Origin: Escherichia phage Bp7
Reading direction: 5' to 3' (one strand)
Sequence record: NC_019500.1
Length of the DNA stretch: 64,000 nt
The notes under the pieces are model-generated. The model had not been told where the DNA came from. It made no database searches and was given only the letters and a program-made list of their open reading frames with translations. Positions 37,525-46,969 of this stretch are shown piece by piece. Position numbers and translations under genes: made by a program. Within the stretch, counting starts at the first letter, position 1. Each line of letters begins with the position of its first letter.

Positions 37525-40236
37525 ATGCAAGAATTCTATTTGACAGTCGAACAAATCGGTGATAATATTCTCGAACGTTACATCGATAAAAATGGTAACG
37601 AACGTAGTCGTGAAGTTCCATACAAGCCTACAATGTTTATGCATGCTAATCCAGAGCAAGCCGTAAAATACATTGATATCTACGGTAAGGGTTGTGTTAA
37701 GAAAGAATTCGACTCTATGCGTGATGCATCCCAATGGATGAAACGTATGGACGATATGGGTCTCGAAGCCCTGGGTATGGACGACTATAAATTAGCCTAT
37801 TTGTCTGATACCTATCGTAAAGAAATCAGATATGATTCTTCTAAGATTCGTATTGCTAACTTCGACATCGAGGTAACATCTCCTGATGGATTCCCTGAAC
37901 CAGCTCAGGCTAAACATCCTATCGATGCCATTACCCACTACGACTCGATTGACGATAAATTCTATGTATTCGACCTTTTAGTTTCGCCTTATGGTACTGT
38001 TGAAGAGTGGTCGATTAAAATCGCTGAGAAACTCCAAGACGAAGGCGGTGACGAAGTTCCACAAGAAATCATTGACAAAATCGTTTATCTTCCGTTTAAT
38101 TCTGAAGAAGAAATGATGCTTGAGTACTTGAATTTCTGGCAACAGAAAACTCCTGTGATTTTGACTGGATGGAACGTTGAGTCGTTTGACGTACCATACG
38201 TTTATAACCGTCTGAAAAATCTGTTCGGTGAGAACACTGCTAAGCGATTAAGCCCACATCGTAAAACTCGTGTTAAAGTTATCGAGAACATGTACGGTGC
38301 TCGTGAAATCATTACATTGTTCGGTATCTCTGTTCTGGATTATATCGACCTGTATAAAAAATTCAGCTTTACCAACCAGCCTTCTTATTCTCTGGATTAT
38401 GTTTCTGAATATGAATTGAAAGTAGGTAAGTTGAAATATGATGGCCCAATCTCCAAGTTACGTGAGACGAACCACCAACGATATATTTCCTATAACATTA
38501 TCGACGTATATCGTGTAGTGCAGATTGATATGAAGCGTCAGTTCATTCTTCTGAGTTTGGACATGGGTTATTATGCCAAGATGCAGATTCAGTCGGTGTT
38601 CAGCCCAATTAAGACTTGGGACGCTATTATCTTTAATAGCCTTAAAGAACAAGGCAAGGTAATTCCACAAGCTCGCTCACACGTGGTCCAACCTTATCCT
38701 GGTGCTTTCGTTAAGGAACCGATTCCTAACGCTTACAAATATGTAATGAGTTTCGACCTTACATCTCTGTATCCGAGTATCATTCGACAAGTGAATATAA
38801 GCCCAGAGACCATCGCAGGGACATTCGCTAACGCACCGATACATGAATATATTGCCGGAACTGCTCAGCGTCCTAGCGACACCTACAGTTGCTCTCCTAA
38901 CGGCATGATGTACTATAAAGACCGTGAAGGTGTGATTCCGACAGAAATCACCAAGGTATTCTTGCAGCGTAAAGAACATAAAGGTTACATGCTTGCAGCT
39001 CAACGTAATGGTGAGTTAATTAAAGAAGCATTGGAAAATCCTAATCTCTCAGTTGATAGTCCACTGGATATCGATTATCGTTTTGACTTCTCTGACGAAA
39101 TCAAAGCCCAGATTAAAGCACTGTCAGCGCCTTCTTTAAGAGAAATGTTGAAGAAAGCCGAGCTCACTGAAGTTGCAGGTAACACTGCTCAGATTAACCG
39201 TAAGTTGCTTATCAACTCCCTTTACGGTGCACTTGGTAACGTATGGTTCCGTTACTATGACCTCAGGAACGCAACTGCAATCACACTGTTTGGTCAAATG
39301 GCCCTCCAATGGATTGAACGTAAGGTTAACGAATATCTGAATAGCGTGTGTAAGACTGAAAATCAGAAGTTCGTGCTCTATGGTGATACTGACTCCATTT
39401 ATGTTAAGGCAGATGCAATCATCAATAAAGTAGGCGAAGATAAATTCCGTGACACTAACCACTGGGTCGACTTCTTAGATAAATTTGCACGTGAACGTAT
39501 GGAACCAGCTATTGATGCAGGCTTCCGTGAGATGTGTGAGTACATGAACAACAAACAACACTTGATGTTCATGGACCGAGAAGCTATCGCTGGTCCTCCA
39601 CTTGGTTCTAAAGGCCTTGGTGGATTCTGGACAGGCAAGAAACGTTATGCACTTAACGTTTGGGACATGGAAGGTACTCGTTATGCCGAACCACACTTGA
39701 AAATCATGGGTCTCGAAACTCAGAAATCAAGTACACCTAAAGCAGTTCAGAAAGCTCTGAAGGAATGTATCCGTCGTATGCTTCAGGAAGGCGAGGCATC
39801 TTTGCAAGAATATTTCAAACAGTTTAATAAGGAATTTAACGAACTCGATTATGTAAGCATTGCAGCAGTATCCAGTGCTAACAACATCGAGAAATATAAT
39901 GAAGGTGGATTCCCTGGCTCTAAATGTCCGTACCACATCAAAGGTTGCTTAGCTTACATGCGTGCTTCTGCAGGTGATTTGACTATGCCTCGTATCGTTG
40001 ATGGTGAAAAGGTATATGTACTGCCGCTTAAAGAAGGCAACCCGTTCGGTGAAGCTTGTATGGCATGGCCGTCAGGTATTGAACTTCCGGTTCAGATTCG
40101 TGACCAAGTCCTCCGTTGGATGGACTACAACGTACTGTTCCAAAAGACCTTTATCAAGCCTCTGACTGGTTTTACTGAGTCCGCTAAAATCGACTACGAG
40201 AAAAAAGCAACATTATTTGACATGTTTGACTTTTAA
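37525..40236 (+). CDS. 43: DNA polymerase gp43 (family B)
   Basis: 903 aa; N-terminus MQEFYLTVEQIG and exo/pol motifs (FDIEV, YGDTDS, KKRY) as in RB69/T4 gp43; in-frame upstream extension from 37465 rejected. Confidence 0.97.
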   Translation: MQEFYLTVEQIGDNILERYIDKNGNERSREVPYKPTMFMHANPEQAVKYIDIYGKGCVKKEFDSMRDASQWMKRMDDMGLEALGMDDYKLAYLSDTYRKEIRYDSSKIRIANFDIEVTSPDGFPEPAQAKHPIDAITHYDSIDDKFYVFDLLVSPYGTVEEWSIKIAEKLQDEGGDEVPQEIIDKIVYLPFNSEEEMMLEYLNFWQQKTPVILTGWNVESFDVPYVYNRLKNLFGENTAKRLSPHRKTRVKVIENMYGAREIITLFGISVLDYIDLYKKFSFTNQPSYSLDYVSEYELKVGKLKYDGPISKLRETNHQRYISYNIIDVYRVVQIDMKRQFILLSLDMGYYAKMQIQSVFSPIKTWDAIIFNSLKEQGKVIPQARSHVVQPYPGAFVKEPIPNAYKYVMSFDLTSLYPSIIRQVNISPETIAGTFANAPIHEYIAGTAQRPSDTYSCSPNGMMYYKDREGVIPTEITKVFLQRKEHKGYMLAAQRNGELIKEALENPNLSVDSPLDIDYRFDFSDEIKAQIKALSAPSLREMLKKAELTEVAGNTAQINRKLLINSLYGALGNVWFRYYDLRNATAITLFGQMALQWIERKVNEYLNSVCKTENQKFVLYGDTDSIYVKADAIINKVGEDKFRDTNHWVDFLDKFARERMEPAIDAGFREMCEYMNNKQHLMFMDREAIAGPPLGSKGLGGFWTGKKRYALNVWDMEGTRYAEPHLKIMGLETQKSSTPKAVQKALKECIRRMLQEGEASLQEYFKQFNKEFNELDYVSIAAVSSANNIEKYNEGGFPGSKCPYHIKGCLAYMRASAGDLTMPRIVDGEKVYVLPLKEGNPFGEACMAWPSGIELPVQIRDQVLRWMDYNVLFQKTFIKPLTGFTESAKIDYEKKATLFDMFDF

Positions 40237-40238
40237 GT

Positions 40239-40268
40239 GTTTACATACCACAAGGAACGTGGTAGTAT
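40239..40268 (+). promoter_or_regulatory. early promoter
   Basis: GTTTAC, 18 nt, TAGTAT, then CCTATCAACT box. Confidence 0.45.
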
Positions 40269-40298
40269 CCTTCCTATCAACTACATGAGGAAATTACA

Positions 40299-40535
40299 AT
40301 GGAAGCTTTAATCGTTAGTGCTGGTGTTTTAGGATTCGGTTCTCTGGTTATTATGTTCATCGGTTACTTTTTACCATGGATTCTGGCTCTTCTGCGAGGC
40401 ACTCGTAGTAATGTCGGAATTTTCTTCCTTAATCTCCTGTTAGGCTGGACGATGATTGGTTGGGTAGTGGCTTTAATCTGGGCCATCGTCGCTGAACGTA
40501 AATCAAACGCTCAAATCATTATTGTTAAACAATGA
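40299..40535 (+). CDS. imm: immunity (superinfection exclusion) membrane protein Imm candidate
   Basis: 78 aa, two transmembrane helices, directly downstream of gene 43 as in T4. Confidence 0.7.
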   Translation: MEALIVSAGVLGFGSLVIMFIGYFLPWILALLRGTRSNVGIFFLNLLLGWTMIGWVVALIWAIVAERKSNAQIIIVKQ

Positions 40536-40669
40536 AAATAATTATTTTATTTCTTATAATGGCCGCCTTTACCATTTACTGGGCAGTGGCAATTCCACCA
40601 ATGATTCCGACACTAATCATCGGATGGATTATTCTTATAGCACAAATTAAGTATAACTGTTTTAATTGA
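40532..40669 (+). CDS. small membrane protein (45 aa), imm.1-like position
   Basis: ATG overlaps imm stop; fully hydrophobic; below track cutoff. Confidence 0.4.
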   Translation: MKIIILFLIMAAFTIYWAVAIPPMIPTLIIGWIILIAQIKYNCFN

Positions 40670-40676
40670 GGATATT

Positions 40677-41177
40677 ATGAAAAAGTTAATTATCGCAATG
40701 AGTATGCTCCTATCAGGTTGCGCAGTCCAGTACGGTGATGCAGTTTCGGCTGATGAAGTTGGTAAAGCTCGTATCGCAGCTGAACAGAAACAATTCGATG
40801 GCGAAATGAAATTCCGTGCAGGTTCAGGACTTGTGTATACCCGAGCTAATAATCAATGTGGTAATAACTGTGCAAAATATGCTCAACGAGAAATTGAATT
40901 CCAACGTGAACAAGAGTCTAAGCGTGAAGCGGTACTAGCCAAACGCCAGGCAGAAATGAAGCGCCAAGATGATTTGTATAAAAAGCAGAAACTGTATGCG
41001 ATGTGCGTAAACCATATCAATCTACAGATTTCTATCCATGAGGCTCGTTATTACGAAATGCTCGAAACCGAAAGCTTTGATAAGGCCCGTGATTATAAGA
41101 AACAAATCAATAAGCTCAAGACCAAAGTGCCGGCAGCAATAGAACAGTGCATCGAAATCGGTAAAGATAAGATTTAA
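40677..41177 (+). CDS. lipoprotein (166 aa)
   Basis: Signal peptide with lipobox LLSGC; mature part charged and helical. Confidence 0.6.
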   Translation: MKKLIIAMSMLLSGCAVQYGDAVSADEVGKARIAAEQKQFDGEMKFRAGSGLVYTRANNQCGNNCAKYAQREIEFQREQESKREAVLAKRQAEMKRQDDLYKKQKLYAMCVNHINLQISIHEARYYEMLETESFDKARDYKKQINKLKTKVPAAIEQCIEIGKDKI

Positions 41178-41237
41178 GCAGTATCAATTTATTAAAAATA
41201 GTGTATAATGTACCTACATTCACTTGAGGAACAGATA

Positions 41238-42911
41238 ATGAAAAAGGTTGTTATTTTAGGCGCAGGTCTTGGCTCACGGTTGTATCCAATTACTAACGAA
41301 ATCCCGAAGGTATTGGTTAACTACAAACAACATACAGTACTAAAACATTTGTATGATTTGTATAGTAACCAATCAGATGAAATCATTTTGGTAATTCATA
41401 GCAAATTTAATGACCTTGTTAAGGGTTACATTAAATCCATTAACATGATTACCAGTGATAAGCCTAAATTCATTATTCGTAACGTAGATGTTGCCAATGG
41501 TTCAGCTCATGCTATCGATTGCATTGCTGAAGATATCATCGGGCACAACGTCCTGTTTAACTGGTGTGACATCATTCCTGAGGGTCATAAAGTTGAGTGG
41601 GATAACGACTACTGTTATACCTACGGGACTGACTGTCGTTTTACATTTGAAGAACCGTATTTGCGTGAAATTGGTACCGGCGGTGGTGTGGTTGGTTTGT
41701 ATCAGGTGGCTAATTGGACAGGTTTCGACCGTTCTAATTATGGTGAAGACCTTGCCGACAACCTGGATTCGATGGTCTATTTGACTGAACGTAAGCTGGA
41801 CTTTGTAGTTGATGTAGGTGACAAACTGAAACTGGCTAAGGCCCATGAAGATTCCGAAATTAACCGTGAATTTAATAAATTAGAGTTCACTGAGAATCTG
41901 GCTATTAAAGTACCAACTAACGAATTAGGTAAAGAAATCCAATCTAAAGAAATCAATTGGTACAATTCTATTGATTCTGAATTCGTTCCGAGCATTGTAG
42001 ACTTTGCTCCAGGTGAATTCATTAAAATGGAACGTATCTTTGGACGCACCATGGCAGATGCCTACCGGTTTATGTCTAAAGAAACTAAAGTCCTCATGGT
42101 TTATAAGGTCATTAGTGCATTACGTTCATTTGGTGGAACCATCGATAATCCATCTGATGAGCAATGGTATTCTGATGTTAAGAAAGAAGTATTGGACAAG
42201 GTCCTTATTCGTAATGCTTCTATTGCTGGATTGATTGAAGGCTTTGCTCCACAGGGCATTACCCATGTCAATGACTTTAAGGTAGGCGACCCGGAAAAAC
42301 TTCTTCGTCACGCCTTAGAAATTCTGTCTGAACATAAAGAACCGTACCAACTTATTCATGGCGACCCGCACTACAGTAATATTATGTTGTCGGACGAAGG
42401 TAATATTAAAATCATCGACCCACGTGGTTATTTTGGTAATAGTTCTAAAGGCCCTGCGATTTATGATGAAGCTAAGGTGCTTTATTCTATCGATGGCTAT
42501 GACAAATTTAACTCTGACCCTCTATGGGGTGGCTTAACTCGTAACGGAACTCGTGTATTCGTTGATATTGAAAAGGTTATGCCTTTAGATGATATTCCAA
42601 TGTGTACATTTAAGCACAAGCTCTGGATTGCTGTTATCTGGATGGCACTGGCAGGTTACTTTAAAAATAACCCTCTGAAAGCTCTGGGTGCTTATTACAA
42701 TGGGCTATATCAACTGAGTGTGCTGCTGAAGCGGCATCCTCGTAAGCGTAAGCTTATCACAGGTGAATTCGTCGATGAAGTTCGCGACCCTATCACGGCT
42801 CAAATTATCACTCGTTGTCCTGATAAGTGGGTTTTGCTTGACCAGGAAACTGGTGTAAAATATAAACCTACAGGTTCTACCGAACTCCACAAACAATGGA
42901 AGAAAATTTAA
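41238..42911 (+). CDS. bifunctional sugar-1-phosphate nucleotidyltransferase / anomeric kinase-like protein (557 aa)
   Basis: N-terminal ILGAGLGSRLYPITNEIPKVLV (NDP-sugar pyrophosphorylase signature); C-terminal HGDPHYSNIML...IKIIDPRGY (APH/choline-kinase-like catalytic motifs). Confidence 0.7.
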   Translation: MKKVVILGAGLGSRLYPITNEIPKVLVNYKQHTVLKHLYDLYSNQSDEIILVIHSKFNDLVKGYIKSINMITSDKPKFIIRNVDVANGSAHAIDCIAEDIIGHNVLFNWCDIIPEGHKVEWDNDYCYTYGTDCRFTFEEPYLREIGTGGGVVGLYQVANWTGFDRSNYGEDLADNLDSMVYLTERKLDFVVDVGDKLKLAKAHEDSEINREFNKLEFTENLAIKVPTNELGKEIQSKEINWYNSIDSEFVPSIVDFAPGEFIKMERIFGRTMADAYRFMSKETKVLMVYKVISALRSFGGTIDNPSDEQWYSDVKKEVLDKVLIRNASIAGLIEGFAPQGITHVNDFKVGDPEKLLRHALEILSEHKEPYQLIHGDPHYSNIMLSDEGNIKIIDPRGYFGNSSKGPAIYDEAKVLYSIDGYDKFNSDPLWGGLTRNGTRVFVDIEKVMPLDDIPMCTFKHKLWIAVIWMALAGYFKNNPLKALGAYYNGLYQLSVLLKRHPRKRKLITGEFVDEVRDPITAQIITRCPDKWVLLDQETGVKYKPTGSTELHKQWKKI

Positions 42912-43270
42912 TGCATCTGTGTTTTGATATCGATAATACCATTACTCACTGGCAAGATGACCGTGATTACGAAAACTTTAAACCGGACACCGAAATGGTG
43001 TCCATGATTAATAAGCTTTATGATGAAGGGTACGAGATTACCTTGTTCACTGCCCGTGGTATGACTTCATGCGGCCCAGGTCGAATCTTGGTTGAAGTAG
43101 TTCCTGCATTAGTTAAGAACCTTGAAAAGATTGGATTGAAATATCACAATCTGCTTACACATAAGCCGAGTTATACTTTTATCATCGATGACCGAGCAAT
43201 CCGTCCTGACCACTTTAAAGAAATGGTTCGTGAAGGAACTCTTGAAACCTATAAGGCATATCATCCGTGA
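42911..43270 (+). CDS. HAD-superfamily phosphatase (119 aa)
   Basis: HAD motif I FDIDNTIT at the N-terminus; small capless HAD size; ATG overlaps upstream stop. Confidence 0.6.
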   Translation: MHLCFDIDNTITHWQDDRDYENFKPDTEMVSMINKLYDEGYEITLFTARGMTSCGPGRILVEVVPALVKNLEKIGLKYHNLLTHKPSYTFIIDDRAIRPDHFKEMVREGTLETYKAYHP

Positions 43271-43803
43271 AACCAAAAATCATTGTTATCGACGGCCCGG
43301 ATAATTCCGGGAAGTCTACTTTAATTGAATCACTTTTATCTGATAAGAAATATCGTCTTATTGATTTCCCTAAAAAGATTAATGGCAAATGCATTTCATT
43401 AGGGACTGATAATGACAAGGCTTTAGTCGAGACGTTGTATAAGTTTTTAGACCCTAATTTTGTCTACATCTTAGACCGTGGGTATCCTAGTAATATTGTT
43501 TACTCTGGATTCCTTCGTGGTGAAATGGACCCTTATGTAGAACTGGAAGATTGGAAAGGGTTTAAATCTGAATTCAATATTATTGAGGTTATTTTAACCC
43601 GTAATCCACTGGATAAAGACTTTGAAGATGACCTTATTAAATTAACCAAAGATGAGTTCAACCTAACTATCCGGCAATATGAAACATGTTTTGAAAACGT
43701 GTTTAAAATCTTAAATCACGACGGCCATAATAACTTGCTTAACGTCGATATGGTAGAATTAAAACGTCTGAATGAATATATTGAAAATAAGGTGAATAAA
43801 TGA
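43267..43803 (+). CDS. P-loop nucleotide/nucleoside kinase-like protein (178 aa)
   Basis: GTG start overlapping upstream stop; IVIDGPDNSGKST Walker A typical of dNMP/thymidylate-kinase-like enzymes. Confidence 0.55.
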   Translation: MKPKIIVIDGPDNSGKSTLIESLLSDKKYRLIDFPKKINGKCISLGTDNDKALVETLYKFLDPNFVYILDRGYPSNIVYSGFLRGEMDPYVELEDWKGFKSEFNIIEVILTRNPLDKDFEDDLIKLTKDEFNLTIRQYETCFENVFKILNHDGHNNLLNVDMVELKRLNEYIENKVNK

Positions 43804-44498
43804 AACACATTACCGCTGTTAGTTTTGAAAACGCGTTTAAGCAAATGAACGAAGAAATCCTGGAAGCTCCACAGTTTGCAGTTGATTCTCGTATCGGCCG
43901 TTGTTATGAAATTGGTTCTGCTTCGGTAGAAGTACTGGATGCAAGCACCTATAAATTCACCGACCCTCGTATTAATCGTATCAACTATGATTATGCCGAA
44001 TCTTTCTGGAAGTTTATGATTTCTGGTGGTACTGACGCCACCGAAGCATTTAAGGAATACCCTAATGTTGCTAAGTTCATTGATAAGCCGAAAAGTGACG
44101 TATTGCCTGCAAACTTCAACACTTTCTATGGACCTAGAATTGTGGCCCAACTCCCAGCCCTACTTAAAGAGCTTAAAGAAAAGCCTAACTCGAGACGAGT
44201 TGTGTTCCAAATTCTCCAAGAACAAGACCAAGCCCTCCTTGATTCTGACGAATCCTTAGAATATCCATGTACCGATTCGGTGACATATTATATTCGTGAT
44301 GGACGTCTGTATGCACACACCCATATGCGTTCACAGAACTGTGCTATCGTTATGCAGCTGGATTTCTATCTGCAGGGTAAACTGATGGCCTTTATTGCTG
44401 AACAGTGTGGTGTTGGTCTGGGTACATATTCCCATACTATGGTTAGTGCACATGTATTTGAACGTGATTTTGACTACGTTCGAGGATTCCTGAAATGA
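43800..44498 (+). CDS. 42: dCMP hydroxymethylase gp42 (thymidylate-synthase fold)
   Basis: 232 aa; EYPCTDSVTYYIRDGRLYAHTHMRSQN resembles the catalytic-Cys region of T4 gp42. Confidence 0.8.
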   Translation: MKHITAVSFENAFKQMNEEILEAPQFAVDSRIGRCYEIGSASVEVLDASTYKFTDPRINRINYDYAESFWKFMISGGTDATEAFKEYPNVAKFIDKPKSDVLPANFNTFYGPRIVAQLPALLKELKEKPNSRRVVFQILQEQDQALLDSDESLEYPCTDSVTYYIRDGRLYAHTHMRSQNCAIVMQLDFYLQGKLMAFIAEQCGVGLGTYSHTMVSAHVFERDFDYVRGFLK

Positions 44499-45388
44499 GT
44501 TTGTTTATCGTTCCTATTTTCAGTATGCGTAGTTACGAAACAGGTGAATATGCCGTCCTTAAGGACGGTAATTTTCAACTCCATTTAAACCGTGCTTGCC
44601 CAGGTGATTATCTGGCTTATCCTAGAAATTCGAGCGATATCAAAGAATGCATTGAATTATTTCCTGAACTGAATTTTGTACCTCTTTGGTATAAAGAAAA
44701 TGCTTATGAAACTCGTAAACATTTTTGGTCTGAAAATGAGTTCGTTGTTGATTCGTTAATCGAATACTATGACTGCTCAGGATTGGTAACCGATATCACA
44801 GGTTATGAGGGTACCCAGACTGTACAATTCAACTTTAACATTACAATGGACCCTGAAGTTCCTCGTTATTATATTGATGAGTTCATTGATATCGACGTGT
44901 CTTCAGTTGAACGTTCGATTTATACTACAGTCTTGAATCAATGTCAGAAAGACGTCCTGGTGACACGAGGTGCGTCCTCTGATAAGATTTTTGTAGACCA
45001 AAAGGTAATTAATCCGGCAGTAATTGAGCGTTACTCTGAAGGTCTAGCGCCTATTAAAATTGATGGTATTTTCCATCCATTCCGTATCTCTGATAAATGC
45101 TATCAATTCGAAAGAGTTGTAGACCAAGCTGCGGCTGAAGGTTCTCGCCTTTATATCACCGATCCGAATGATTCATTTAAACGTGAAGACTATCGTCCTG
45201 ATGTAGAGATTATTAAATTCAAACCGAGTAAGGTTGAATATTATCAGATTCTGAAATCAAGACCTCATATCATTTATCATGAGAATCCTGGTTTAGTATT
45301 CCATCCAGGTCTAGCCGAATTCATTTATTTCGGTGCCCATATCCATTCTGAGCACGAAATGCCAAGTTATGAGGACGTGGTCCTTTAA
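44495..45388 (+). CDS. hypothetical protein (297 aa) in the position of T4 beta-glucosyltransferase
   Basis: ORF between gene 42 and uvsX; no recognisable GT-B signature by eye. Confidence 0.6.
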   Translation: MSLFIVPIFSMRSYETGEYAVLKDGNFQLHLNRACPGDYLAYPRNSSDIKECIELFPELNFVPLWYKENAYETRKHFWSENEFVVDSLIEYYDCSGLVTDITGYEGTQTVQFNFNITMDPEVPRYYIDEFIDIDVSSVERSIYTTVLNQCQKDVLVTRGASSDKIFVDQKVINPAVIERYSEGLAPIKIDGIFHPFRISDKCYQFERVVDQAAAEGSRLYITDPNDSFKREDYRPDVEIIKFKPSKVEYYQILKSRPHIIYHENPGLVFHPGLAEFIYFGAHIHSEHEMPSYEDVVL

Positions 45389-45465
45389 CGCTGTAAATGT
45401 GAAGTGATATAATTACCCTATCTTAAAACGTGAGTAAAATATAATGATGCCTATGGAAAAATATA

Positions 45466-46647
45466 ATGTCTGATTTAAAATCCCGTTTGATTAAAGCTTC
45501 TACTTCTAAAATGACCGCCGACCTGACCAAATCTAAATTGTTTAATGGTCGTGACGAAGTTCCTACTCGTATCCCTATGCTGAATATTGCATTGGGCGGT
45601 GCGTTGAATGCAGGCTTACAATCAGGTTTGACAATCTTTGCTGCTCCATCTAAACACTTTAAAACGTTGTTTGGACTTACCATGGTTGCGGCATATATGA
45701 AGAAATATCCAGACGCAATTTGTTTGTTCTATGACTCTGAGTTTGGTGCTTCAGAATCTTATTTCCGTTCGATGGGTGTTGATTTGGAACGTGTGGTTCA
45801 TACACCAATCCAGTCAGTCGAACAGCTTAAAGTTGATATGACCAACCAGTTAGAAGAAATTACTCGTGGCGAAAAGGTTATTATCTTTATCGACTCCATT
45901 GGTAACACTGCTTCTAAGAAAGAAACCGAAGATGCTTTGAACGAGAAAGTTGTAGGTGATATGACTCGTGCTAAATCACTGAAATCTCTGTTCCGTATCG
46001 TAACACCTTATCTGACCATCAAAGATATCCCTTGTGTAGCAATTAACCACACGGCTATGGAAATTGGTGGAATGTACCCTAAAGAGATTATGGGTGGTGG
46101 TACTGGTATTCTGTACTCTGCTTCTACCGTGTTCTTTATCTCTAAACGTCAGGTTAAAGATGGTACTGAGCTCACTGGTTATGACTTCACACTGAAGGCC
46201 GAGAAATCTCGTACGGTTAAAGAGAAATCAACGTTCCCGATTACAGTGAACTTCGAAGGTGGTATCGACCCATTCAGTGGATTGCTTGAAATGGCTACTG
46301 ATATTGGCTTTGTCGTGAAACCTAAAGCTGGCTGGTATAATCGTGCATTCCTTGACGAAACCACAGGCGAAATGGTTCAAGAAGAAAAAGCATGGCGTGC
46401 TAAAGCTACCGATTGTGTTGAGTTCTGGGGACCGCTGTTTAAACATGCTCCGTTCCGTGAAGCAATCGAGAATAAGTATAAGCTTGGTGCAATTAATTCT
46501 ATTAAAGAAGTTGACGATGCGGTAAATGACCTTATTAACTCTCGTGTCTCTAAGAACGTTGCTGTTAAATTAAGCGGAAATACCCAAAGCGCCGCTGATA
46601 TCGAAAACGATTTAGAAAATATGAATTTTGTGAGCGACCATGACTGA
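45466..46647 (+). CDS. uvsX: recombinase UvsX (RecA-like)
   Basis: 393 aa; N-terminus MSDLKSRLIKASTSK near-identical to T4 UvsX; Walker A AAPSKHFKT. Confidence 0.95.
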   Translation: MSDLKSRLIKASTSKMTADLTKSKLFNGRDEVPTRIPMLNIALGGALNAGLQSGLTIFAAPSKHFKTLFGLTMVAAYMKKYPDAICLFYDSEFGASESYFRSMGVDLERVVHTPIQSVEQLKVDMTNQLEEITRGEKVIIFIDSIGNTASKKETEDALNEKVVGDMTRAKSLKSLFRIVTPYLTIKDIPCVAINHTAMEIGGMYPKEIMGGGTGILYSASTVFFISKRQVKDGTELTGYDFTLKAEKSRTVKEKSTFPITVNFEGGIDPFSGLLEMATDIGFVVKPKAGWYNRAFLDETTGEMVQEEKAWRAKATDCVEFWGPLFKHAPFREAIENKYKLGAINSIKEVDDAVNDLINSRVSKNVAVKLSGNTQSAADIENDLENMNFVSDHD

Positions 46648-46969
46648 TTTATCTGATTTAGATAATTTTGTTAAAGATACCGAAGAGGGTCCTAGTGACC
46701 CTCGTTATTATGAGAAATCGTTAGATATAATCCGTAAGTCAATGGGTTCTGTTAAGCAGGAAATTATGCTTACTTTACCCGATGGCACTGCTCACATCGT
46801 TTATGTGATGAATATTGTTATTGAGAAAGATGGAAAAGTGTCGGTTGATTTCGGAACACCTTCCGAAGACCGAAAAGAAGAGCTAGCGCTTCATGTAGAA
46901 AAATGTGTTACAATGCAAATACAAGAAGAACTGGATAAAATTAAATCTAAGAGGTGGTGGAAGTGGTAG
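46640..46969 (+). CDS. 40: gp40 head-vertex assembly protein candidate
   Basis: 109 aa ORF between uvsX and 41 as in T4. Confidence 0.65.
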   Translation: MTDLSDLDNFVKDTEEGPSDPRYYEKSLDIIRKSMGSVKQEIMLTLPDGTAHIVYVMNIVIEKDGKVSVDFGTPSEDRKEELALHVEKCVTMQIQEELDKIKSKRWWKW

